Assembly: GCA_050015075.1 (NCBI GenBank)
Contig: JBEKCB010000021.1
Span: 1 to 64,000 of the forward strand
Direction of reading: 5' to 3'
DNA length: 64,000 bases
From: Candidatus Brocadiia bacterium
GTDB lineage: Bacteria > Planctomycetota > Brocadiia > CAIUPP01
Part shown: one piece after another, positions 1 to 8,902 of the stretch
How positions within the stretch are numbered: the stretch's first letter is position 1
Layout: every line of letters begins with the position of its first letter
The notes under the pieces: generated by a model
The model's input: the letters and a program-made list of their open reading frames with translations, nothing else
Told to the model about the DNA's origin: nothing
Database searches by the model: none
Made by a program: the position numbers and the translations under genes

Positions 1-2607
1 CTTCTCCTCGGAAAGCGGCGCCATCGAGACGTAATAATCCTGCCCTTCGACGTTCACCGGCACGATCGAGCGCACCATGTCCATCCCGGGCCGGGCGTCC
101 AGCATGTCCTGCAGCGCCGTCTGGGGCTGCGGATCGTGGAGGGTGATGTGGAGTTCGCCGGTGGCCGGCTCAGTGAAGGACATCACCCGCAGGTGAGTCT
201 CCTTGGACCTGGCGATCGTATCGAGGTCGCTGTCCTTGCCATAGACGGCCATGTCCCGGCCGATCTCGGAACCGGCGTCTTTGCCGAACCCGATGACGCG
301 CAGGTCCTCCGGCAGGACGTCGCCGGGTTTCATTTTCAGGATGTCGCGGTAAATCGCCTGGCGCACCGCCTCGGTGGAGCGCGTTCCCGCGAGGTGGATC
401 GGCACGTACCTGCGGCCCGCGGCGGCGCCTTCGGCGTGGGTCACATCCTCGGTGGTCACCGGGTCAATCGTCACGACCACGGTCTCCTGCCCGATCAGCG
501 ATTCGAGCGCGTCGAGCACGGCGGCGATCCGGGTCTCCGGGTTGAACTCGATGGCGGAGGCCTTCAGCTTCACGGAGAATTCCGAAGGCAGCCGCTCCTT
601 CTCCTTATCCATCAGCGTGATCCGGCGGATGTCGGATTCCGCATAGCGCCGCCTGGAGAGCAGGTCGCGAAGCGCCAGCGGGCTGATCGGGCGCGCCAGG
701 TGCAGGGTGAAATCCCACGACTTGGGGTCGGGGTTCTTCTCCACCGTGCCGTAAAGCTGCTGCGCCCTCAGGAGATCCACGAAGTCCTCGCGCATCTTCA
801 CCTGCCGCTGCTCATCGGTGAGCTGGCGGATGCGAATCGAGAACAGCTTCCCCTTCTCGGCCTGCAGCCCGGCCTCGGCGGTGGACCAGACGCTCTGCAC
901 GTCCGCGCCCATCGGGAAGAGCTTGGCGACGCGCTCGCGGAAATCGCTGATCGGCTCGCTGCGCTTCAGCTCCATTTCCGCGCGGAAGCCGCCGGCCAGC
1001 TCCGTATCGCGTTCGTAATTCCACCGCGCCACGAACACGCTCAGCCCGGCGATGCCGAAGAACACCGTGCCGGCGATGCAGATGTACCGGTACTTCGAAA
1101 ACGGGATGTTCGGCCGGCCGAAGAGGTGCATCATGTGCAGCTTGGTGAGCCAGCCTTTCTCCACGACGACATCCAGGAGCCAGCGCGTGACCCAGAACGA
1201 GGTGAACAAGCTGAGGACCAGGCCCAGGATGAGCGTGATGGCGAACCCGCGCACCGGCCCGGTGCCGACGCCGAACAGGATCAGCGCGGTGATGATTGTG
1301 GTCAGGTGCGTATCCAGGATGACCATGAAGGCGCGTTCGTAGCCGGTGCGGATCGCCAGGCGCAGCGTTTTGCCGCGCTGGCCTTCCTCGCGGATGCGCT
1401 CGTTGATCAGCACGTTCGCGTCCACCGCCATGCCGAGCGTCAGCACCAGGCCGGCGATGCCCGGCAGCGTGAGCACCGACTGCATGCCCGCCATTCCGCC
1501 GAGGACCAGCAGCAGGTTCACCAGCACCGCGAAGTCCGCGATGGCGCCGCCGACGAGGTAGTAGACCGCCATGAAGGCCACGACCACCACGAGCCCGACG
1601 AGGCTCGCCCGGATTCCCGCGCGGATGCTGTCCTCGCCGAGCTGCGCGCCGACGGTGTTGTTCCATTCCAGCTCGATGTCCGCCGGAAGCTGGCCGGCGC
1701 GGAGCGTGGTGACCAGGTCGTCCACTTCCTGCTTGGTGAAACTGCCGGTGATGACGCCGGACCCGGAGATGCGCGAGTGGATTTCGGGCGCGGAATAGAG
1801 GTCCTCGTCGAGGATGATCGCCAGCAGCCGGCCCGGATGCTGTTCGGTGCGCTGGTACTGGTCCGTCAGGCGCTCGAAGTCCTGCCGGCCCTTGCCGTGG
1901 AACGAGAAGGCGACCGTCGGCATGCCCGTCTGCGGGTCCGTGGTCCCCTTCGCCTCGCTGAGGTACTCGCCGGTGACGTAGGCCTTGTTCTCGACGAGGT
2001 ACCACTCGTGGGTCGAGACGTCGGGCGGCAGGTCCTTCACGTCGCGGAAGGTGGCCTTGTGCCAGCGCCTGATCTTGCCCTGCGGGTCGCGGTCAATCTG
2101 GTGGGTCACCGGGTCGCGCGCGGGCAGGAACGGCGTGGTGTTGGCCACGCGGTCGCCGCGCCGCGCCGCTTCCATGTCCTCGGCGCGCTCGTCCACCAGG
2201 CAGAAGCGCAGTTGCCCGGCCTTGCGGATGAGCGCCTCGATCCGCGCCGACTCCTCCGCGCCCATGCCCGGAAGCTGGATGTAGAACCGGTCCTCGCCGC
2301 GCGGGCGGATGTCCAGCTCCATGCGGCCGTCCGGGTCCACGCGCCGGCGGATGACCTCGATCGTGCGCGCCACGATGTCCTTGCGGTCCGCCGCGCTCAT
2401 CTCGGACGTGCGGATCTTGTAAAGCAGCTCGCTGCCGCCCTTCAGGTCCAGCCCGAGCGGAATGCGCGTCACCCAGTGGGTCAACGGCTTGCCGTCCGGC
2501 CCGGTCTCCGTGATGCGCTCCGGGTGGATCGCGATCGCGCCGATCACCGCCAGGATGACCACGAGCGCGAGCTTGAAATACAGCTTCGGAAGTATCTTGC
2601 CCATCAT
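1..2607 (-). CDS. secDF: Protein translocase SecD/SecF fusion (3' end runs off the window)
   Basis: Manual minus-strand translation from ATG 2607 gives MMGKILPK...IPLGLDLKGGSELLYKI (SecD motif), later LPGIAGLVLTLGMAVDANVLINERIREE and a second GLDFREG (SecF) motif; follows yajC. Absent from the ORF track because it has no stop in the window. Confidence 0.92.
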   Translation of the reverse strand, partial: MMGKILPKLYFKLALVVILAVIGAIAIHPERITETGPDGKPLTHWVTRIPLGLDLKGGSELLYKIRTSEMSAADRKDIVARTIEVIRRRVDPDGRMELDIRPRGEDRFYIQLPGMGAEESARIEALIRKAGQLRFCLVDERAEDMEAARRGDRVANTTPFLPARDPVTHQIDRDPQGKIRRWHKATFRDVKDLPPDVSTHEWYLVENKAYVTGEYLSEAKGTTDPQTGMPTVAFSFHGKGRQDFERLTDQYQRTEQHPGRLLAIILDEDLYSAPEIHSRISGSGVITGSFTKQEVDDLVTTLRAGQLPADIELEWNNTVGAQLGEDSIRAGIRASLVGLVVVVAFMAVYYLVGGAIADFAVLVNLLLVLGGMAGMQSVLTLPGIAGLVLTLGMAVDANVLINERIREEGQRGKTLRLAIRTGYERAFMVILDTHLTTIITALILFGVGTGPVRGFAITLILGLVLSLFTSFWVTRWLLDVVVEKGWLTKLHMMHLFGRPNIPFSKYRYICIAGTVFFGIAGLSVFVARWNYERDTELAGGFRAEMELKRSEPISDFRERVAKLFPMGADVQSVWSTAEAGLQAEKGKLFSIRIRQLTDEQRQVKMREDFVDLLRAQQLYGTVEKNPDPKSWDFTLHLARPISPLALRDLLSRRRYAESDIRRITLMDKEKERLPSEFSVKLKASAIEFNPETRIAAVLDALESLIGQETVVVTIDPVTTEDVTHAEGAAAGRRYVPIHLAGTRSTEAVRQAIYRDILKMKPGDVLPEDLRVIGFGKDAGSEIGRDMAVYGKDSDLDTIARSKETHLRVMSFTEPATGELHITLHDPQPQTALQDMLDARPGMDMVRSIVPVNVEGQDYYVSMAPLSEEK

Positions 2608-2623
2608 GATGGAAGCGGGACTC

Positions 2624-3013
2624 CTACTGCTTCTTGTCTTCGGCCGAACCGGAACCCTGCGTCAGGATCTCATGGATCGCGCCGCGCCGGAATTTGAGCG
2701 TGGTGCCGCGCTCGCGGTCCACGAGCAGGATGACGTACTCCTCCTTGGAGTTGACGCTTTCGACTTCGCCGAAGAGGCCGCCGATGGTGACGACCTCCGC
2801 GCCGCGTTCGAGCTTGCTGAGCATCTCCTTGCGCTGCTGGTCTTTCTTCTTCTGCGGGCGGATCATCATGAAGTAAATGATGGCGAAGATGGCGATGATC
2901 CAGATGAAGAACATCGGCGAGAAGGGCGATCCGCCCGCTCCGCCGGCGGCGCCGCTCGGTGCGCTGGCGGTGCCGGCGGCTTGGGCCAGGATCGGCATGG
3001 TCAGACTCAGCAT
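2624..3013 (-). CDS. yajC: Preprotein translocase subunit YajC
   Basis: IIYFMMIRPQKKKDQQRKEMLSKLERGAEVVTIGGLFG motif; lies between tgt and secD; start re-assigned to ATG 3013. Confidence 0.93.
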   Translation of the reverse strand: MLSLTMPILAQAAGTASAPSGAAGGAGGSPFSPMFFIWIIAIFAIIYFMMIRPQKKKDQQRKEMLSKLERGAEVVTIGGLFGEVESVNSKEEYVILLVDRERGTTLKFRRGAIHEILTQGSGSAEDKKQ

Positions 3014-3035
3014 GGGGCTTCCTTTCACAGAGGTC

Positions 3036-3096
3036 GGAAGTGCGAGTGATGAATGATGAAGCACTTCATCACTCATCGCTCATCGTTCGCACTTCC
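3036..3096. repeat. Inverted heptamer-repeat element (GAGTGAT/GAATGAT ... ATCACTC/ATCGCTC)
   Basis: GGAAGTGCGAGTGATGAATGATGAA-GCAC-TTCATCACTCATCGCTCATCGTTCGCACTTCC; overlaps the tgt stop codon. Confidence 0.75.
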
Positions 3097-4184
3097 TGAA
3101 AATCCTTCCGGAACTCCCGGAAACGGCGCTCGATGATCGCTCGGCGCATCTCGGCCATGAGGCGCATGTAATATCTGAGGTTGTGCAGGCTCAAGAGCGT
3201 CAGGCCCAGCATCTCTCCGGCCTGGAAGAGATGCCTCAGATACGCGCGCGAAAACCTTCGGCACGCCAGACAATCGCACGACGGATCCAGCGGCCGCTCG
3301 TCCGCCCGGTGCGCCGTATTGCGCACTTTTACCCGACCACGGGTGGTAAATGCAAGTCCGTTTCGCCCACAACGCGTCGGAAGCACGCAATCGAACAGGT
3401 CCACGCCCTGCGCCACGCAGGCCACGATGTCCTCCGGCCGGCCCACGCCCATCAGGTAGCGCGGCTTCGCCGGAGGCAGCCGTTCGACCGTCACGCCGGT
3501 CATTTCCACCATCAGGTCGAGCCCTTCGCCGACGCTCAGCCCGCCGATGGAATGGCCCGGGAAATCGAGCGCGGCCAGCCGGTCGGCGCACTCGCGGCGC
3601 AGGTCCGGGTACGTCGCGCCCTGCACGATGCCGAAGAGCGCCTGGTCCTCGCGCCGGTGCGCGGCCTTGCACCGCGCCGCCCAGCCGATCGTCCGTTCCA
3701 TCGCCGCCCGCGCGGGCGCCTTCTCGCTCGGGAACGGCGCGCATTCGTCCAGCGGCATGATGACGTCCGCGCCGATCTGGTTCTCCATCTCGATGCACCG
3801 CTCCGGCGTCAGGAAAATCTCCCGCCCGTCCAGGTGGCTCTTGAACAGCACGCCGCCCTCGGAGATCGTCCGCAGGTCGGCCATCGAGAAAATCTGGTAA
3901 CCGCCGCTGTCGGTCAGGATCGGCTTCGGCCAGCTCATGAACCGGTGCAGCCCGCCCATCTGCGCGATCCGGTCCGCGCCGGGCCGCAGGCCCAGGTGAT
4001 AGGCGTTCGCCAGAATCATCTGCGCGCCGACCTCCTCGAGCTGCACCGGCGTCAGCGTCTTCACCGTCCCCTGCGTCGCGCAGGGCATGAAGAGCGGCGT
4101 CGGCACCGTCCCGTGCGGCGTGACGAACTCGCCCGCCCGCGCGCCGGTGTCGGTGTCCTGGGCCAAAATGCTGAACTCGAACAT
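3069..4184 (-). CDS. tgt: tRNA-guanine transglycosylase
   Basis: TDSGGYQ, GIVQG, GGLSVGE, DLFDCVLPTR and CDCxxC...H zinc site. Confidence 0.97.
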   Translation of the reverse strand: MFEFSILAQDTDTGARAGEFVTPHGTVPTPLFMPCATQGTVKTLTPVQLEEVGAQMILANAYHLGLRPGADRIAQMGGLHRFMSWPKPILTDSGGYQIFSMADLRTISEGGVLFKSHLDGREIFLTPERCIEMENQIGADVIMPLDECAPFPSEKAPARAAMERTIGWAARCKAAHRREDQALFGIVQGATYPDLRRECADRLAALDFPGHSIGGLSVGEGLDLMVEMTGVTVERLPPAKPRYLMGVGRPEDIVACVAQGVDLFDCVLPTRCGRNGLAFTTRGRVKVRNTAHRADERPLDPSCDCLACRRFSRAYLRHLFQAGEMLGLTLLSLHNLRYYMRLMAEMRRAIIERRFREFRKDFQEVRTMSDE

Positions 4185-4185
4185 G

Positions 4186-4297
4186 CTCGTCCTCGTCGTC
4201 GGTCGTTCTCTTCGTCCTCGTCCTCGTCCTCGTCGTCGTCCTCGAACCGCCGTTTTGAACGACCGAGGACGAGGACGACGACGAGGACGAGGACGAT
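4186..4297. repeat. Inverted hexamer-repeat element (CTCGTC)n ... (GACGAG)n
   Basis: Degenerate CTCGTC tandem arm, short spacer, then GACGAG tandem arm; between spoIID and tgt. Confidence 0.85.
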
Positions 4298-4316
4298 TCC
4301 CTGCTACCGCGGGTCT

Positions 4317-5705
4317 CTAGTACAGCTTCCCGATCGCGCAATTGCGGTAGTAATGCATCAGGATTTCCCGGTACAGCCGTCCGACCCTGGCCATGCCGCG
4401 GCAGCCGTACTGGCACATCCCCGCGCCATGGCCGAAGCCTCGGCCGGTGAACCGGAAGTCGCCGCCGTCGGCGCGGCACTGGAACTTTCCGCTTTCGATC
4501 TCCATCCGGCCGACCGCGCGGCGGAAGTCCACGATCGGGACCAGCGCCGACCCGCCCGGCCAGTCCAGCTTCACCATCCGCCCGGTGCGCGGGTCGCCTT
4601 CCTCGGCGGTGACGGCCGTGATCGCGCCGACGGCGATGCCGGCCGCCTTCAACTTCGATTCCAAGTCCACGGCCGAAAGAGTCGCCTTCCATTCATAGTG
4701 GCTCGAATCAGTGCAGAACCCGCACGGCACGCCCACCAGGAAATCGTATTCCGGCTTGCCGAGCGCCTTGCCGGGGCTTTCCGTCTCGCCGCCGCAGGTC
4801 GAGTGGTAGAACGCCGGGAACAGTGCGCCGTCGTGCAGGAGCACCTCGCCGCGCGTGGCGCCCACCGCCTCCACGATGGACGGCTTGGGCTTCCCGGCGC
4901 CGAACACCTGGTCCTCGACCGTGCTGGTCAGGTCGTACTCCAGGGCGGCGCGCTGCAGGTGATAGAAGATTGCCAGCGTCCGTGCCGCGACGGCCTGCGC
5001 CTTGAGCGCCTCGGCCGGCCAGTCCGCCGGCATCTCGCCGCCGACGACGCTGAGCAGGTAGCGCTCGGCGTCCACCACGACGATGACCGTCACCCGATCC
5101 GCCGAGCGCAGCAGCCGGATCGTGCCGGGATATTCGCGGCCGCCGATTCGAACCTGCGCGCCGGGTTCGGCCTCGATCTCCAGCGACGAGCACTTGTACA
5201 GGACATCGCCAAGCCGGATGCCGCCCGGGACGACGGCGGCTTTCGCCGGCGCAATCCGGAAGTGGCGCTTCGCCTGCTCGTCGGGAAACACCACCACGCG
5301 GCACGGCCCTGCGCACGAAATCTCGGGCGTGGCCGAGGCGTCGGAAAGCCAGAGCCGCACCATCGGCGCCCGCTCGAACTTCGGCGGCACGATGATCGCC
5401 GGCAGCGCCGGCTGAGCCGGCGGCGGCGCGGGCTGGATCGGCGGCGGGCTCGGCGGCGCCGTCGGGATCGGCGGCTGCACCGGCGGCGGCGCCTCTTCCA
5501 CGGCCGGCGGCGCAGCCGGCGGCGGCGCGGCGCTCCTCCGCGGATGCACGCAGCCGGATAACGCGAGAATGCAGAATGCAGAGTACAGAATGCAGAGCGC
5601 AGAATGGAAAGCGAAGCCGGCCTTGCGCGAATTCAGCGCGTTTCGTTGCCGTTCACTCCCTGCTCTGCATTCCGCACTCTGCATTCTGCACTCTGCGCTC
5701 ATCAT
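4317..5705 (-). CDS. SpoIID/LytB-domain peptidoglycan hydrolase, probable lipoprotein
   Basis: YLLSVVGGEMPADWPAEALKAQAVAART, YHSTCGG, GFGHGAGMCQYG; lipobox LSGC; ATG 5705 overlaps the queH stop (ATGA). Confidence 0.9.
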   Translation of the reverse strand: MMSAECRMQSAECRAGSERQRNALNSRKAGFAFHSALCILYSAFCILALSGCVHPRRSAAPPPAAPPAVEEAPPPVQPPIPTAPPSPPPIQPAPPPAQPALPAIIVPPKFERAPMVRLWLSDASATPEISCAGPCRVVVFPDEQAKRHFRIAPAKAAVVPGGIRLGDVLYKCSSLEIEAEPGAQVRIGGREYPGTIRLLRSADRVTVIVVVDAERYLLSVVGGEMPADWPAEALKAQAVAARTLAIFYHLQRAALEYDLTSTVEDQVFGAGKPKPSIVEAVGATRGEVLLHDGALFPAFYHSTCGGETESPGKALGKPEYDFLVGVPCGFCTDSSHYEWKATLSAVDLESKLKAAGIAVGAITAVTAEEGDPRTGRMVKLDWPGGSALVPIVDFRRAVGRMEIESGKFQCRADGGDFRFTGRGFGHGAGMCQYGCRGMARVGRLYREILMHYYRNCAIGKLY

Positions 5706-5710
5706 TCTGC
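5566..5710. repeat. Inverted heptamer-repeat element (GCAGAAT/GCAGAGT ... ACTCTGC/ATTCTGC) within the spoIID 5' end
   Basis: Arms at 5566-5606 and 5663-5710; translated as SAECRMQSAECR...HSALCILYSAFCIL. Confidence 0.85.
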
Positions 5711-6277
5711 CTTCTTCGGTCCGCTGCCTCGATACAACTCTCGGGCCGTATCGCGGAATCGCTCGTACTCGCTGAAGCAGCAGCCGCAGTACGGCTGCAG
5801 GTAGAGCTGCCTGCGCCGCGCGGCCTCGTGCGAACGCTCGTGAAGCGGCCGGAAATCGCGGTAGAGGAAGCTCACACCCGTCTCCGCCGCCGCGCGCTCG
5901 CCCGACTCGCGCAGCAGTTCGTGGTCCTGGTGCGGGCTTCCCAGCAACGTCGTCGTGAAGGCGTCGAACCCCATCTCCTTCGCGCGCCCGGCCGTCCGGC
6001 GCAGGCGCAGGAAATGGCAATTGCGGCAGCGATCTTTCCGGTCGGGCCGATAGATTTCGCGCATGAACAGCTCCAGCCCGTACTCCTCGACGATCTCGAC
6101 GGGCAGGCTATCCTTCTCGAGGAACACGCGCACCGCCTTCACGCGCTTGCGGAATTCGAGGAAGGGATGGATGTTCGGGTTATAGAAGAATCCGGCCGGC
6201 TGCACACCCTCCTGCCGCAGCGCCTCAAGCGGCCCGATCAGGCACGGCGCGCAGCAGACGTGGATGAGGATTTTCAT
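5702..6277 (-). CDS. queH: Epoxyqueuosine reductase QueH (DUF208)
   Basis: IHVCCAPC, FFYNPNIHP, RCxxC, YCGCCFS motifs; tgt nearby. Confidence 0.93.
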   Translation of the reverse strand: MKILIHVCCAPCLIGPLEALRQEGVQPAGFFYNPNIHPFLEFRKRVKAVRVFLEKDSLPVEIVEEYGLELFMREIYRPDRKDRCRNCHFLRLRRTAGRAKEMGFDAFTTTLLGSPHQDHELLRESGERAAAETGVSFLYRDFRPLHERSHEAARRRQLYLQPYCGCCFSEYERFRDTARELYRGSGPKKAE

Positions 6278-6330
6278 TTCAGGCCTTGAACCATCCGCCG
6301 CGACCTGCAAGGCTGGGCATAGGACCGCCG

Positions 6331-6657
6331 CTACAATACGGCATTAGACGTGGCCCTGATGATGTCGCCGATCATGGCCTCGCCTTCATATTCCTCGGGC
6401 GTGAGAGTCACAATATCGAACGGAAGCCGGAACCTTCTCATGGCGCGAATTTCGACATCCTTTGTAAGGCGCGCACGTTTGAAGGCGTCCTTGCCTCGAA
6501 ATGAAGGCGAGATGATGGCGACGTCAACGTCGCTTTCCTCGGTGGCCACACCTCGAGCGCGAGAACCGAACAGGACCACCTTGGGCTCTGCCAATCCTGA
6601 TTCGGCAACGCGCCGCTCCAGGTACCTCACGATTTCGGCAATTCTTTTTTCAGCCAT
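6331..6657 (-). CDS. Minimal nucleotidyltransferase (MNT)
   Basis: LFGSRARG...SDVDV motif, 108 aa, overlaps the HEPN gene. Confidence 0.88.
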   Translation of the reverse strand: MAEKRIAEIVRYLERRVAESGLAEPKVVLFGSRARGVATEESDVDVAIISPSFRGKDAFKRARLTKDVEIRAMRRFRLPFDIVTLTPEEYEGEAMIGDIIRATSNAVL

Positions 6658-7016
6658 CGAACGGTCTCCCGAGCTTGTCTAAGAAACTGGCGCGTCCGGG
6701 TCTTCGGAAATTCACGGATTAGCTTGTCCATGTCTTCCGGGTATCGCGTCATCACGCTCATCCTGTTGAGCATGAACAAGAAATCCGACCGTTCCTTTGT
6801 CACGGAGAGCTGCAAGTTCTGCGTCAGAAATGCCAAGTTATGAGTCTTGGGCGGGACTTGCTTGCGCCTTGCCATATACACTGCTTTGAGGGCTTTTTCC
6901 ACAGAGAGGTGGCACATGAACGCGGTGTAGAAGTATCGTCGCGCGTCGAACATCGCTTGGGCGGTGGCAATATCATACTCGGCCTGACGCATCCACTCTT
7001 CTGATGTATTCGCCAT
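6627..7016 (-). CDS. HEPN-domain protein (HEPN-MNT pair)
   Basis: W..QAEYD, CHLSVEKALKA, PKTHNL, TRYP motifs. Confidence 0.88.
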   Translation of the reverse strand: MANTSEEWMRQAEYDIATAQAMFDARRYFYTAFMCHLSVEKALKAVYMARRKQVPPKTHNLAFLTQNLQLSVTKERSDFLFMLNRMSVMTRYPEDMDKLIREFPKTRTRQFLRQARETVRWLKKELPKS

Positions 7017-7027
7017 GGTCAGCCTCG

Positions 7028-8056
7028 TCAACTCTCGAACAGCCCGCCGCGCCCGGCGCCCGGAAGACCCTTGCCGTAGTCGCGCTGCGCCGACTCGGTC
7101 GCTATCCGGCCGCGCGGGGTCTTTTCGATGTAGCCCAACTGGATCAGGTACGGCTCGTAGACCTCTTCGATGGTGGACTCTTCCTCGCCGATGGTCACGC
7201 CGATGGTCTTGAGCCCGACCGGCTGGCCGCGCTGGCGCAGGATCGTCTGCAGGATGCGCCGGTCCATGTCGCCCAGGCCGCGCTCGTCCACGCCGAGGCG
7301 GTCGAGTCCCTCGTGCGCGACCTTCTCCGTGACCACGCCGTCGGCCTGGACCTCGGCGATGTCGCGCAGCCGCCGCAGGAAGCGGTTGACCAGCCGGGGC
7401 GTGCCGCGTGAGCGCCGGGCGACGACCTCCGCGCCGGCATCCTCAATCCTCATCTTCAGCGCCTTCGCCGAGTTCAGCGCGATGTGGAACAGATCCTGCC
7501 ACGGATAAAAATCCAGCCGCTCGACCACGCCGAACCGGCTGCGGAACGGCGCGGACAGCAGCCCCTCGCGCGTCGTCGCGCCGACCAGGGTGAACCGCGG
7601 CAGCGAAACCCGCACCGACCGCGCCGACGGGCCCTGGTCGAGCATGATGTCAATGTGGTAGTCCTCCATCGCGGAGTAGAGGTACTCCTCGACGGTCGCG
7701 CTGATGCGGTGGATTTCGTCAATGAACAGCAGGTTGCCGTCGTCGAGCTTCGACAGCAAGCCGGCCAGGTCGCCGGCCTTCTCGATCACGGGGCCGGAAG
7801 TCTCCTTGATATCGGAGCCCATCTCGTGCGCGAGGATCTTGGCCAGCGTGGTCTTGCCGAGCCCGGGCGGGCCGCTGAACAGGAGGTGGTCGAGCGGCTC
7901 CTTGCGCCGGCGCGCGGCCTCGATGTAGATGCGCAGGTTCTCCTTGAGGCGCTCCTGCCCGATGAAGTCCTCGAACCGCCTGGGCCGCAGCGTCTGGTCC
8001 AGCGCCAGGTCCTCGGCTCCGCCGGCGGCGGTCAGGATGTTCTCAGCCACGCGCAT
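7028..8056 (-). CDS. ruvB: Holliday junction helicase RuvB
   Basis: LRPRRFEDFIGQ, GPPGLGKTT, FIDEIHR, GATTREG, EPYLIQLGYIEKTPRGR. Confidence 0.97.
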   Translation of the reverse strand: MRVAENILTAAGGAEDLALDQTLRPRRFEDFIGQERLKENLRIYIEAARRRKEPLDHLLFSGPPGLGKTTLAKILAHEMGSDIKETSGPVIEKAGDLAGLLSKLDDGNLLFIDEIHRISATVEEYLYSAMEDYHIDIMLDQGPSARSVRVSLPRFTLVGATTREGLLSAPFRSRFGVVERLDFYPWQDLFHIALNSAKALKMRIEDAGAEVVARRSRGTPRLVNRFLRRLRDIAEVQADGVVTEKVAHEGLDRLGVDERGLGDMDRRILQTILRQRGQPVGLKTIGVTIGEEESTIEEVYEPYLIQLGYIEKTPRGRIATESAQRDYGKGLPGAGRGGLFES

Positions 8057-8086
8057 CTCCAATTACGACTCGAGACAACGGATTGC

Positions 8087-8168
8087 AACCACAGATGTAC
8101 ACAGATGAACACAGATGAAGGCGGAACGGGAATTCCGTATCTGTGAACATCTGTGTCCATCTGTGGTT
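8087..8168. repeat. Inverted decamer-repeat element (ACAGATGAAC ... ATCTGTGAAC)
   Basis: AACCACAGATGTACACAGATGAACACAGATG ... ATCTGTGAACATCTGTGTCCATCTGTGGTT between ruvA and ruvB. Confidence 0.85.
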
Positions 8169-8179
8169 CCAAGCTGTTG

Positions 8180-8764
8180 TCAGACCTGCCGCAGCGCCTG
8201 CCGAACGAGCTGTTCGAGGTTCGCGTCGCGGCCGAGTTTTTCCATGGCTTTCAGCACGGCCGCCTCGGAGACGGAACGCGTGTAGCCCAGCGCGAGCATC
8301 GCCGCGAGGGCGTCGGCGTTGAGGTTCCCCGCCGCCCCGCGCGTCGCGGGCTCCTCGAGCAGCTCGCGCTCCATCTCGCGGCGCAGCTCGACGATCACGC
8401 GCTCGGCGGTCTTTCGGCCGATCCCCTTCACGCCGCAGAGCGTGCTGACCTCCTCAGCGGCCACGGCGCGGCGGAACTCATCCACGGAAAGCCCGTTCAG
8501 GATCGCCATCGCGGTGCCCGGCCCGATGCCGCTGACGCCGATCAGGCGCACGAAGAGCTTGCGCTCTTTCTCCGAGGCGAAGCCGAAGAGCTTGAGCACG
8601 TCCTCGCGCACGTGCAGATAGGTCAGCAGTTTTGCGCGGCCGCGCTCCGGCAGGGCGGCGAACGTGGAGATGGGAATGGAGAAGCGATACCCGACGCCGC
8701 CCGCCGCAATGACCGCCTGCGTGGGCGACTTGAAAATCAGTTCGCCCTCAATGTGATCATACAT
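8180..8764 (-). CDS. ruvA: Holliday junction DNA-binding protein RuvA
   Basis: HVRED, VSGIGP and VKGIGRKTAERV HhH motifs, ALGY domain III. Confidence 0.96.
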   Translation of the reverse strand: MYDHIEGELIFKSPTQAVIAAGGVGYRFSIPISTFAALPERGRAKLLTYLHVREDVLKLFGFASEKERKLFVRLIGVSGIGPGTAMAILNGLSVDEFRRAVAAEEVSTLCGVKGIGRKTAERVIVELRREMERELLEEPATRGAAGNLNADALAAMLALGYTRSVSEAAVLKAMEKLGRDANLEQLVRQALRQV

Positions 8765-8808
8765 CAGCCTGAGGCCGTTCTATAACCGACAAGACGCCGG
8801 CAGGCATC

Positions 8809-8888
8809 GGAAATTGGGAGATTGGGTGATTAGGAGATTTGGACCAGGCGGTGCTCAATTTCCCAATCACCCAATCTCCGAATTTCCT
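8809..8888. repeat. Inverted octamer-repeat element (GGAAATTG/GGAGATTG ... CAATTTCC/CAATCTCC)
   Basis: Directly visible upstream of ruvA; same unit family at 48501-48552. Confidence 0.85.
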
Positions 8889-8902
8889 GCCGTTCTTCGC
8901 GT

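Noticed and set aside
136-2697. 853 aa plus-strand ORF and other long shadow ORFs (3183-5561, 24166-25959, 32080-34056, 39009-40796, 60058-61866)
   Set aside because: Antisense or off-frame shadows of real high-GC genes; no protein motifs.
4186-4297. Repeat tracts as CRISPR arrays
   Set aside because: Units are 6-10 nt, tandem and inverted, with no unique spacers and no cas genes.
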